Below, one piece after another: positions 40,501 to 53,380 of a stretch of 64,000 nucleotides of DNA (its first letter is position 1; the number at the start of each line of letters is the position of its first letter). A program made the translations under genes and the position numbers. The DNA comes from Tubiluchus corallicola. Its lineage: Eukaryota > Animalia > Priapulida. Below the pieces are notes generated by a model, which was not told the origin of the DNA, did no database searches, and saw only the letters and a list, made by a program, of their open reading frames with translations. The DNA lies in the NCBI GenBank assembly GCA_030141605.1, contig JAQGDQ010000024.1, positions 1,074,994-1,138,993 on the forward strand. The letters run 5' to 3'.

Positions 40501-42662
40501 CCTAGTCAGGCCTTTGGCGATTTCAATTGTGTTTGAAAAGTGAATAGGCATTGTTGAGAGAGAATGCAAATCAGGAAGCGCCAACTAGCCACTGAATGCC
40601 CCGTGTTAAATGCAGTACTTGATGAGCTTTGTAAAATTGTGTGACTCTTTCAAGGCGGAACTAACTCCTATTTTTCTAACTTTGACCCAACTTGCTCGTT
40701 CACAAGCTAGTCTAGATCGAAAAATCTTAAGCACCGATAGCCTACTTCAGCCTGCACCCAAAGAAGATTCCGTGCTAGCTTTTCATATGTCGTATTAGTT
40801 CTTCCCAGTCCATTCACTGGCACATCATCACTAATCCCAACCCTCCAGTAATAATTTACTGCAATTTTGATCATAGACCAAGATAGGCTCGTTTCCCCGA
40901 AGAGCTTTTTCCTAGAAAAGTTTTTTGCCAGACAAAAAATCCCACCAAACGTTTTGCCACAAAAAATTACTTACCAGAAAAAAATTCCGGAGGTATTTTT
41001 CCCGGGAATAGGATACGGTCCTGCTATGGAAGAACGTGTAAAAAATTGCAAATGAGCACAATGTATTAGGTAAATTTAGATCTCAAGATATTCAACCATA
41101 GGTATAACTGCAAAGTATTGATCTTGTCCTATTTACATAGTTTATTAAACCTTATTTCAAATCCTGTGAAAATTAATTGTATTTGAAGAAATTATATGAA
41201 GCAAATAGGCAGAAACAATGATTTATAGAAAATTTACAGTTCAAAATTTTATAAAGCTCAATTTCAAAAATAGTTTTAGGGACCAAGAAGCGTATTAAGA
41301 TTTAATCTACCCGCCAGGCATGTTCTATAAAATCTATTAATAAATTTCCACATAACAATTTACCGTTAGTGTTACGAAAGAAAGAATAACTCCATAGAAG
41401 AATAATTACGGCTTGCAGCCAGGATAATAAGAGGCAGTAATACAAGGCCCACCCAACGTCTATACCCAGTAGGTCTATGCTGTAGTAATAACACATGCAA
41501 TCACTCTTTTGTTCTCAAATGTACTTTAACATGACATTAATTTATTTGACTAAAAATTTCAACACGGTAGGTACGAGACGACATGGAACAAGCAATGAGT
41601 TCCTGGTCTACAAAACCTAAATATAGATAATCTCGTTTGTTTTTCTATTACGGCTAGAAATACCAGTTTCTGGTATGCATTTTCAGTTATATAACATCAG
41701 TGGGTTTATACGCATATCGCTTCTTAATTAACATGCTGCCTACATGACCTGTCAAAATGCTTCAAAAATAAATTAACACATTTAAATTGCAAATTTGTTA
41801 AAGGTGAACAAATTTACACAATGAGGTTTGCAGCTACAAATTTGATTTTCTGTTATAACATACAATCACCCTGCTTTACATTATAAATGTCACCTCTTAA
41901 TTTTCATTCCTTTCATTCGTGATTGATGATAGTAGGTTACTGACAGAATTCAGATTAAAAGTTTTCAGTTTAATCTACTGCATGAAAGCTTATACCACTT
42001 TCAGTTTTCGGTGCGCTTTTTGCAGTTTTTCGCTTTGTGTCGCATTTTGTACAGGATTTATCACTTCTATGTAGACAGTGATGACTGATGAACGAATGAT
42101 TAAAACGACACCTGTTGTGTCGCAATTGAATCACATTGTGTAAACATTTGAAACATCAAATATGTAGTAATAATGCGCTTTTTAAACTCTTTATAAGAGC
42201 ATAGTGTGAAAGCAAAATTATCGAGCACGGCAACATTATTTTTTTAATTAGATGTTATTCAAATTATACTAATTTGGCATCAAAAGCTACCTTATTAAGA
42301 AAAATCCCTAGATGATTCATTTACTAAATGATCCCATTTTCTTTACATAATAAACCTGGCTACCTGACTTTCCTATAACACCAATAGTAAAAGCGATATA
42401 AAATAATTAATGTGTGTGCAGCGTAGACAAGCGTAATCAGCTAACGTAACTGCTATCATGCAGTTTCTTTTTACGTAAATGCTACCATTACTTTCTTTTT
42501 TTACAAAAATGTTAATAATAGACTTTGTTCTATTGTTTATGGAGGTGTTTACATTTATTCTAACTGCAAAATACTTGAACAGAATTAGTTAGTCAACATG
42601 AATAATAGATTAAATTTCTATTTTGTTAACTTATAGGAATTTGTTTAAAGTGAGCAGGAAAG

Positions 42663-44508
42663 ATGCATGCGTACAGCATGCTGTTGAGTACAATAGTGCT
42701 AGTCACTGTAAACTCACAGGAAAATGGTGACAACTTTGATGTCATCCCATCAGCATCACCGTCTTCGCCAGTATCAGTATCAACAACCGTCACCCCAAAG
42801 CAGGTCACAGAAACAGCTAGAGTGAACACGAGTTCTGCGACAACATCAAGGCAAATATCGACAACGACCGACCCGTTGCTAACATTTACGCGTTCTAGAT
42901 ATAATCCATTTCTGAGGCCTTCAGTAATCAACAATTACACAGTAGAGAGTAAAGTGACAGACGAAACAGAAAATGGCTGCAATTCATCTGACCGCAAGGT
43001 GTTATTGAACTTGATCGAGGTGACAAGGACTACAGTTATTGCACAATATTTACTCTGTAAGGGAGCTTCAAGAGTCCATGGTGTTAGAGTACTATGGAGA
43101 CAATTTGGCATGACTTCTGACTGGTAAGTTTTACATTTTATTCTTGCGTGTAAAGCTGTTTTATTTATTGTGTGCTTCAGCGAGATGACTTTGTGAATGG
43201 TATAGTGATATCTTGTCTGGCGAAAAAAGATCAAAGTCAGTCGACATTGGTTAATTTTGCAATTCCACAATGCTTGGGTACAAGCAGGATCAAGAAAGAG
43301 ATTTGCAATAAACATTTGGGAAACAATGCCAGAAAGACATGATCTCTGGCTAATGTTGAACTGCATGCCTTGTAAGCAGCAAAGGCCAAGAGTTCAAAGC
43401 TGAGAAAGGAACTTCTCAGTAGTTTCTTTCCAGGCTAACTAGAGAAGCTGTCATTTTTCAGGGTACAATAAGAAGGTTATACTGGTATCCTTTAGAATTA
43501 ATGAAACAACATCTCAACAAACTCACGTGTATAAATGTCAAAACTTTATGAAATCCTCTGAGCAAAACAAACAAACATGCCTGGGAAGTTGTGTGTTTAC
43601 TGTTATCTTTCATTAACTAAGACTATAACACTTTATTTATTTCTTCTTGCAGGAAGAAGTCTCAACATTTCAAGGGCAAGATCGGACGTTATATTATAAA
43701 AGATTTGGATGCTGGAATGGCCTATGAAATTTGTGTAGTGGAGGTTGACGAATGGGGAAATGAAGCAGCTACAGACAGTGAAAAGTGCATAGAAGTAATA
43801 ACACATTCCAGTGTGCTGACAGTTCTAGCTGTTTTATTCGGTATTGCTTGTGCTCTTATAGTGATACTGATTGTTGCTATGGTGTGTCAATGCAAATTCT
43901 ACAAAGATAAAGTTAAAGCACAAAACCCTCAAAAAGAGAACATTGATAACACCTTGTCTTCATATCATCCATCACGTTTGGATCAGCAGTCTGGCAAGGG
44001 AAGCCTCTGGTCTTCACCATCATATCTAACTTATGCAAAAAATCAAAACAACACCTTTGAAGATTCACTACGGAAAAGCCTAAATTACAATCAGAATATA
44101 GAGAGGAGTAATAGTAGCAATTTTTACTATGCAAATAGAAACCCTTCATCTGATAGTTTGCCACCTGTTTTCCAAACATCGATCACAACAATGCCTGACC
44201 ACCACAGTTCCTTTCAATTAAAGAGATATCCAAGTCAGTCGATTTCCACTGAAGATGATCCAACATACGAGAATCCAATTGATGATCATGACAGAGAAAG
44301 ACATAACCCTCTGCCTCCGCCAAGAAATTCTAGAGATATTACAGTTGTACCATCAAGACTTTCAGTGAGAAGTTTGCAATCAAATATAAATAATGCAAGG
44401 ATAAATGGACAAAATCCGAGCTTTAGAAGTGATAACTTCATACCAGGTTACCGCTGGGACAGGCCCGGATCAAATCATATGTGGAACCTTAATAAATCTG
44501 TAATATAA
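42663..44508 (+). CDS. Uncharacterised type I membrane protein: signal peptide, Ser/Thr-rich mucin-like region, one FN3 domain, TM helix, long disordered tail (438 aa)
   Basis: Two coding exons 42663-43123 and 43653-44508, joined in phase 2 (TG|gtaagt...ttcttgcag|G gives W). FN3 signature GVRVLWRQFG...YIIKDLDAGMAYEICV; TM VLTVLAVLFGIACALIVILIVAMVC; acceptor at 42636 just upstream of ATG; AATAAA near 44627. Confidence 0.85.
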
Positions 44509-47071
44509 AAATTTCAAATCCATTTTTGGTAAGCTTTAAAGATCAGCTAATGCCACTTCTGTATTGCTCTTATAAAACAACTAATGAAAAAAGTTTCCTG
44601 TTAGAGTAATAACTAAAACTAATTAAATAAAGATTTTTATTCCCTGTAAGAGCATGCTCAAAAATACTGAACTGAAGATGATACGTAAGACATAGCCAAA
44701 AATATTGATTACTTGATGCATTAACACTTAGGAATAGGTTGCATTGGAATTACTGTGATAATATAACTAAGTTATTTTTCTTTGCTTACAGTGCAAGATT
44801 TTTTTGATAGTGAGACATTTTAAAAAATCATTTTGTAAATAAATGTAATATTACCATAAGCATAAATGTTATATTTTAGTGCAAATGAAACTGCGCTCCA
44901 AGTTTCAGAAAGTACAATGATACAAGCTAACTACGTACAAAAATAAGTTTATTTTCATGTGGTCAAATGTGACAAAACAGGTTTCACACACCTTCTATCA
45001 CGAAGCTAACAAAGATTATAGTACCATCCACTAGTAAAATAAAAATATTATTAACCAGACCAGTTTTCAGTGACAGGTCATAATCTTAGCCTGAGGTGAG
45101 TATTTATTAGGCGGCAGTGTAGAACATGTGCAGTATAAGTTCTTTGCCTGCAGTAATAACAGTCTGCACATTGTGCAATAGTATTGATTACACCATATAA
45201 CTACACTCATTTATAAAAACATAACTGCATGGTTTTCTGACAACCAGCCATCAGCAAATTGCAACTAGAAGTGTATGAGTGCACAAGAGCAATAATTACA
45301 TGAATGGCTACGATATCTGTCACAGGGTGTTAAATGAATTGTACTAGTCGGTCATGAAATTTTACTTCCTGAGTTTCATTACATTTTTGAAATGCACTTT
45401 CGTTACAAATGTAAACTTAAAATTTGGTGCCAGACCAACGATTTGGTGAGATACTAGCTAAGAAAAAATAATTGAATAAATAAAAACTAGCAAAATTGAA
45501 ATTAGTTATGTGTCAGAGTAAAGCAAGTTCACTCAAATAGAATTTGGCTTCAAGTAAAATTAATTTATGAAAGTGTTCCTATTCTACATAAAAAATAAGT
45601 CTAAATAATAGAATCGATTAAGATTTCTTGCCAATCATGTCAGATATGTTGTGCTTAATTACAGTGCACTGTATAAAACATAAATCTTGCATAAGACATA
45701 CATTATATAAATAAACAATTTAAAGCTTGGTGCAATTTTATACATAGTTTGTACAAGGTATCCCTTTCTTGTAAATATTTACAATTATATTTGTTCTTTT
45801 GACCATGTAATCTTTCTTCATTCTAAATTTGTAGAAGATGTCTATTTTCAGTCCTGGATTGATCATGAGTAACTCAATACTTTGTTATTCATGTCAGTAA
45901 TAGTAGGAGTGGCTATGTAGTGTATCTTCTATTTTCTATTAAGATAATATCAAAGCAGCAACCAAGTTCCTATGCACTTAACTTTACTATCAAAACATTG
46001 CTTAACTTACATAATCACAGAAACCAAAGAAATCAGTGTACTTTTATATGCAGTTAAGTATGCCAGGACTTATGATGTAATATGGGTTAACAGGAAATCC
46101 AAATAAACCAGACCCGAGCTAAGCAGATTAGACTGTCTCAGCTAACCTAGGTTGCACATATGGATTTCAGCACTTATTCTCTGACTACGTCACTGTCATC
46201 TATAACCCCAACACCTCCCTGCTGCAGTATTCCCAACGCTGCCTTGGAAAGTTGCACTCATAAGCTACTACATAGCCAAAAGACATACCTCTCTAATCTG
46301 GCATACAAAAAGATTATAGTAAATGACTTAGTAATGCTACTCAACACTTCCAATTAGCCAGTCATGTTGTATTCAAGAGTCATAATTTTCCATCACCACT
46401 TCAGACTAGCATACTATGGGCTATTATGTCTCCATCACTTCCTTAACGTAGTGGGTTTACACCACTAATGGGGTCACCCAAATTACAATTCACAAGTTAA
46501 TATGGTCCAATTGTCTCGTTAGCATAATATTCTTCTGCCACTATACCTCCCCAGTGTTGTGTGCTCAGTCACCTTAGACAATAATATGTCTATAATATGT
46601 CACCTGTCCATAATATGATATTGCATAGTACATATATTCACCACTTGCCCAGCAGAATATGCTTACAATTAATTACTCCATCACCTCATAGTGTAGCACA
46701 GGATGTACCTCATTGCCTCTCACCTCCTTAGCAGAATATACTTACAGACGATTTTCACTTGCGCTATTTCCACTTTTTCCCATCTTTACAATAAACTGAC
46801 ATTTTAAATTCATGAAAAAATTTCAAGCAAAAAGTGGCCATTGTAACTGATTAAGCAAGAAACAAGAGAAGCCTGCAATCATCAGTCACCAAAGCGACAA
46901 AAGTTGAAACAAATTTAATTGCTATGGTTTTAATGTGCCCTAAAATACAATCATTCTCAATAAACCTTCGAGCATCTTCAACGCAGTCATACTTTACAAA
47001 TACTAGACTGGTATTACACCGCAACATTATTGAGCAAGGTTGCAAAGGCAAAAACTGCAATTAATTAGCAT

Positions 47072-50000
47072 TTAAACTACGGCGGCTTCTTTCATTCTCG
47101 TGACGTATGTGACGTGATTTGTCAAAGCAGCAACAAGACCACCATTATTAGCTGGACTGCCAATGGAAGAATAATCAATTTCTTCACCAGCAATTGTAGT
47201 CATATTTCCACCCATTGAAGCCAGCACGGCATTTCCTGCACAGATGTCCCACTTTTTGATTAACGTAACATGTATGTAAGCATCAGCATTGCCCTTTATC
47301 ACTTCAAGAGTTTTAAAACCTGCAGAAAACAAAATGCAATGCAAGCATTTAATGATAAACTATTTTAATGTGTTATCATAAATGTTCTGAGGATACGTGA
47401 ATTTAGTGTTGCATTCCGAATTTTCGCCAAGGTTATTAGACCCTTCGTGTTTGAAGCACATTTACAAAACGAGTACAAACTGTGTGATAAAACACGCTAA
47501 GTGCAAAATAACGAAATGCAATATAGTTAATGTTTGAACAAATGTAAAGCAAATACATGACAGAGTTTACTAGTAAACAGAACTTAAAGGGCAAATGTGA
47601 CTCAATGTACCGCAAAACTAATGTGCCTGACACAGACATATATCTCTCAAAGCTAAAAAAGGCAAAATTTTGGTCTAAGACAGCAGTCTGTTTTCAAAAG
47701 GTCAAAAGCAGAAAGCATCTGAAATAGTTGTCAGCTGGGCCACTTTATAGCTCTATGTGATAGAGATGTCATGTCAGTCAAATTCAAAAGAAGTCAAAGA
47801 AATGAAAAAAATATGAGAAAGAGAGCTCTCCTGAGCCTTGACATCTTTAACAGGAATAAAACACTGCATGTCCTTTACAGCATCAAAATAGATTATTTAA
47901 TGCTACTGTAATATCTATTTTGAGACTATACAGGGCGTTCAACAATTTATTCGTGTCAAACAAATGTTCCCTACATGCAGTAGTTTGTGTAGCAAAAATA
48001 ATTTTGGGTAGAAATTTGCAGTAAACAAAGTTTTTTTGTTTTGCTATTAAAGTAATGAGTTAACATACCTGCACCACCAGCATGAATGATTTTAATTTCA
48101 TTTCCGAAAGTTTTCTTTAGTACATTATCCGCATCACCCGTATGTGACCGCGACACAATGATTCTATCATTCACGCTAGCACCAGAAGACTGTTCTCTTT
48201 GTAGATTGCTGGAGTGTCCATGATGTACCCAACCCCACGCTGAAAATTGGATGTGCATTATGTGCCTTTCATTACAACAATGAGAATAATAAAATCTCAT
48301 TTCTAACAGAACTGCATTCACACATAACATCAAAATTGTTAAGCAACATTATTGCATTTTAATAATCTCTTTTCCGATGCAATTTTTAAATCACAGCAAG
48401 TTTACTAGTAATATTTAAAGCTCAATACATCTCTGTTCGTAAGTTTCTACTACTGGAATTAGTGCTACAGTAAAAGTATTTTAAGTAATATTCAATTCAG
48501 TAGTTGTGATCTTCACTTGTACACTGCAAAGCGAGTTCATACAAAGCACTTGGTTTTCTTGTTCAAATTTAGAGCACGTTATGCTATGCGGCTATTTTTG
48601 CTTATGTGATATTTCACATGATTTAATTGCTACTGGAGAAGAATGAATATCCTGACACAGACAAGCAGGGCACAATATTTAACACATTGCAAGCAATGTT
48701 AGGAAACAATAATAGGCAAACACTGACAATAAAGTAATCTTTACACGTATTAATAATGATTATTCACCTAAAAATCCTTAAATATTTAACTTGACAATAG
48801 CAAAGCCAATAAAGCCATACCTGTAAATTTTTCGAATGGCTGGTGAATTATTCCTATCACTGGTTTGCCTTTCACAGCAATACAAACCATTGTTGTGACA
48901 TAATTCAACAATTTTTCTGAAAAAGAAGCAAAGGTTTTCTAATGCAGAAGATATGCCATGTACAGCATGCAAAACCCATTCTGAAAATATTTTCATTGCT
49001 ATTGTTATCCTAAATAGAATTAATCAGAAAGTGGGCCTTCAGTTTCTTGTTTTGAAGCCAGATTCATAGAAAACCAACTGTAGTCTGTGTCACAAAAAAG
49101 TGTTTTTACACTTGCTAACAAAAATGTTGACATTTTTCTCTTACAATAAATAAAGAATTTGACTAAGGTCTAATACTGAAAGCATGTCCGTTGCCCCATT
49201 GTTTTCAGTCCTAACTGTTGGGGGGACATAATAAAAATAAATCGTATTTTTTTCCTCAGGAAACACAGTTATCATAATGAATCATTTTTGTAAGCCATTT
49301 GTGTTTGTAAGCTCATGTTGTCATTTGTCATTTGTAAGCTCACGTTATGCAGATTTTTTATTCATTTGTCACTCTTAACTTTTATAAATTTTTGCATGCG
49401 ATAAGGAGTGATTAAATATCTCACACATTTTTCATACCTATGTCACACTGAATCTTTTGTAATATTTACCTGTATATTCTTGTGTAGCATCTAATGGATC
49501 TATCCATACAGTGATGTCTGATATTGGCACATCAATATCTTCATAAACATTTAACTCTTCTCGGGATGTTGCTGGTATTTTTACTTGGCTCATATCAGGT
49601 GTTCCTCTATCTTTTTCCTCAGATATAATCTAGATTGAAATTTACTCTTTTAACCATTGCAAAAATAACTTAAATCTTAGATAATCATGTAAAAAATTTT
49701 TAGTAAAAAATTACTTATTGAAACCCAGATTACTCCAAAATTGTTCACTTGACACAGCTAGTTTATTTAATAAGGAAGCACATGCTACTATCAAATAATA
49801 GTATATGATGTCACAGCTCAATTACATATTTACTTGCTTATTTATCAAAACTAGGCTTAAAAGTGGGTGGGGGGGGTCATATACTGCTTCCGCATATAAC
49901 CATAATTCATATATATATATGCATTTACATAAAATTAAAAAAAATTGCAAACCTTTACATTTGGATACAGCTTAAGAAGGCCATACATCATTGCTCTATG

Positions 50001-50270
50001 TGACCTTAAATCACCTTCGGTAAGCGGATCATTTGCACCTTCCTTTGTCTTGCCTTTGCTTTCCTCTTTCAAGTCATTTGCTTTTCTGACAGCAATAACT
50101 TCTTGACCGCCCCTTTCAGCAATATCGATGCCAGCACTTAAAAGCTGTTTTAAGCTTACTGTCTGCTGCTTAAGTTTCCTGCCACTCCACATAAATACCA
50201 CAAAACATGCAGCTATGGCTAAGACCACAGTCAAACGTATGGGATTAAACTTTATGTTCACCCCAGGCAT
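47072..50270 (-). CDS. IMPAD1: Golgi-resident PAP 3'-phosphatase / inositol monophosphatase 3 (IMPAD1/BPNT2/gPAPP), 330 aa
   Basis: Exons 49953-50270, 49470-49629, 48821-48916, 48069-48239, 47072-47319, all phase-consistent. N-terminal type II signal anchor; motifs SKGKTKEGANDPLTEGD, ISEE, WIDPLDATQEY, IVSRSH, AGGAGFK, IKKWDICAG. Confidence 0.95.
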
Positions 50271-52404
50271 CTTGAAAGACAAATCCTGCACCTTTGAATC
50301 AGAATTTTTTGTCATATAGGATGATGACATCCCAGCTTCATGTGCACAGAGCCTAAAAGATCAAGTTCAAGCATTATCAAACTAATCTGGTTCTGAGTTG
50401 AATAGCTGCAATATAGAAATTGGTGAAACTACACGAAACCACACAGACAGTGATTTAAAGTTAATTTGTTTATAAATATAAATGATATATGAGCTATAGT
50501 TCATTTTGGCTATAGTTCTACACTTACTATCTGACTTTCTGCACTGTCATTTGACTCTTCCGAAACTAAAAAATTCTTGTTGAATGTTTGTAAAAGTGGT
50601 GACTATACCATAACTTAGATTGGTCACAGCTTGGCCACAGGCGGACATTCACAAACAAGTGGTCAACTTGCAGTTTAGCTGGTTTTCGGTAATTGTAAAT
50701 GTACTGTCATCATTGCTTGAAAAATATAACCTATAAATAAAGGAGAGAGGGTGCAATGTGTGATATTAATCTATGAGAAATCACCCAAACTACAAAATAC
50801 CAAAAGTGGAACATTGCCAATTCAACAAGTAAAGCAACATCATCCTTAATAAGTAACTATTGCTACATGATTAAGTTACTGAAAGGGTAGTATAATTCAA
50901 GTCAATTTTAAAAATAATTATTTTATTCTACAATTGATAACCATGAGTAACAAAAGATGCTCAAACAATTTAAAATGTAGCTGTATATATAGTGTTTATC
51001 TAGTGCCAATAAATAGCAAGATTAATTTCCAGCATTTCTTTTAGTAGACTGTGGGCAACAAATCCTGCAGCAAGACTTTATTCCAGATTTTCTTAAATCT
51101 TTTGGGGTGTAAAAAACTATCAATGATAAATAAATTCAAATAAGTAATTCATCATTTGATAAGCTAATTGACATTTTGAATAATGATAAGAAGCTTTCTT
51201 TTTTAAACTCCAGTGAATAATAGCTGGTAATCTAGTTTAGCCTAGTGTTGCCAGTATATGTCACATGCAATAGATGACTATAACAAACATAGCAGATTAA
51301 TAAAATTATGACAGAGTTCAGACAAATAGTGACAGAAATTGCAAGAATATCACAAGCATATGCTTTTCTATTTACAACAATAATAACAAGCAGCTATGTA
51401 GCCAGGGGCATTACAACAATAGATTACTGATCTGCCCAGCTAAAAAATTAATGTTGACACAGTAGTAGCTAAGCCAACAAAAACTATTAGTTTAAGTCTA
51501 ACTTCCATACGGGATGCATAAATGACAAATTTCGCATAGGGCCAGCTGTAAGCTTTTGTTTTTAAGCTGGACAATACAGTTATTTCGCGTTTTCAGAATT
51601 TTCAGTACCACATTTTGCTTTATTAGTGAAGTTCCTGATACAGTTCTCCATATGAGACGCTACCGACAAAATGTTCACACTGACAATTTACTCAACACAA
51701 AAGTATTTGTCACAATAGGTACAATACTCTACAATAAACTGTAGAGTTGAGACTGTTAAGAGCTCAGAGACAACTCTAGAAAGACAACATAATTATGAAA
51801 CGCGAGAGAGAGAAAATTGTGATAAAACAATTAACAGAGATTTATCAAAAAGAGACAATTATGGGCAAAAAGCCTACTTAAAAATATAAGTTATAGGCTT
51901 CGCCCTGTCGAACTACGGTAATTAAGTAAAGTAAGTTAAGCTTATTTATTGAGTTTATTACTTGTAGTTAAACTACAGCTGCTGATTTTTTTTATTAAAA
52001 TATGAACACACCATTAATTTCTTTTTAGAATAGCTGCACCTTTTTAGCGAATACGAAAATCAATCGACAACAATTCCCTTCCTTCGGTCTGTTCCCAGCA
52101 ATATGACAACTCTTCGTTAGCGCCACACGTGATGTGGTTTCTAAGAGTTCTTGTGGTCCCTTCTGTTCAGTTCAGTTCAATTCAGTAATAGGTGCTGACA
52201 AGCCACTGGCGTAGCAGTGTCTAGTTTTTTTGCTGGATTACTGCTGCGTTTACCTGTCTGAAGGCAGATTTCTTTTATTTTAGAATTCTGCCTGCCCAAT
52301 GTCTACGATACACTTGGCGGGCGTATGATGATGAATTCAGTAACTTGACATTTTTGTATCAAGGCAAGCAGTGAATGACCGCTACTCCGTTGAACAAAAC
52401 AAAC

Positions 52405-53380
52405 TGTTGGGCGCCGAGTGGACCACTGAGCCAAGTAGACCAATTGGTCTACTTGGGCTATCCCAAGTAGACCGTGGTCTAGCCCAAGTAGACCGCGGTC
52501 TACTTAGGCTGCCCAAGTAGGACACTAGAGACAGGTCGCGAATTGAGTCGTTAAGTGTACTGACACCGTCCGTTGTGCTTGTTTATGTAATAATAATAAT
52601 TAAAAACGTTAGTACATGGTGAATAAGTTATTATACATCTAATAAAATAAAAGAATTTTATTCTGAGCTGGTAGAACGGACAATATTAAATTTGGTTTCG
52701 ATGTTAATGTTGTTGAAGTGAAAAAAACCCACTTTTTTGCGAATTCAACATTTGTTTAAGGTATATCATTTTTGATTTTGTCTCACTTCACAAACAGGTG
52801 ATCCGTTTCACTACCTCTTGGGCGAATAATTGTTTTCTTATAAGTAAACGTTCTAGCGATCTATGTGTCCTACATGGGCTAGCGAGCCATGTAGGACAGT
52901 GCCCTACATGTTACAATACTACTGATACTATTAAAACTAAATATCCTTGCTTTTCTTAAATGTTAAAAATTACTTTTTGATGTTGTGAAGGCTTAGCAGC
53001 ATCTGTCTTATTTTTAAATTTGCAATTATTTCTGTAATAACTGTGTGCAAAATTTCTCTCTTTAAAGCATTAGATACTAGGTTTAATGTTATGATATATT
53101 AATGGAGTTAATCATAATGATGAAATTATTGTAAGAAATGCATTTGTAAATTGCCAAGGAATATCCATTTCTAAAAGAAATTTTGTTTTATGCTTTATTA
53201 TGTCATAACAATACTTATAAACAATGGTAATATAAACTGGAAACAAGTTTTGCCAGAGCAAGTTTCTCGACAAAAATCGCTAGTGTCCTACTTGGGCTGC
53301 CCATGTAGGACACTACTTTTAGCGCATCGGTTTTACCGGAAGTGGTCTACTTGGCTCAGTGGTCCTCTCGGCTCCCTACA
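52405..53380. mobile_element. 976-bp non-autonomous DNA element with TGT...ACA termini and 5-bp TSD (Ginger2/TDD-like)
   Basis: 38-bp TIR TGT(T/A)GGG(C/A)GCCGAG(T/A)GGACCACTGAGCCAAGTAGACCA; identical CAAAC flanks at 52400-52404 and 53381-53385; repeated CCAAGTAG/CCATGTAG motifs in both orientations. Confidence 0.85.

Noticed and set aside
46060-46760. Compositionally distinct tract, possibly a decayed retroelement
   Set aside because: No RT, integrase or other motif could be read in any frame.
52420-52530. CRISPR-like short palindromic repeats
   Set aside because: Repeats alternate in orientation, lack unique constant-length spacers, have no cas genes, and form the subterminal region of a TIR element in eukaryotic DNA.
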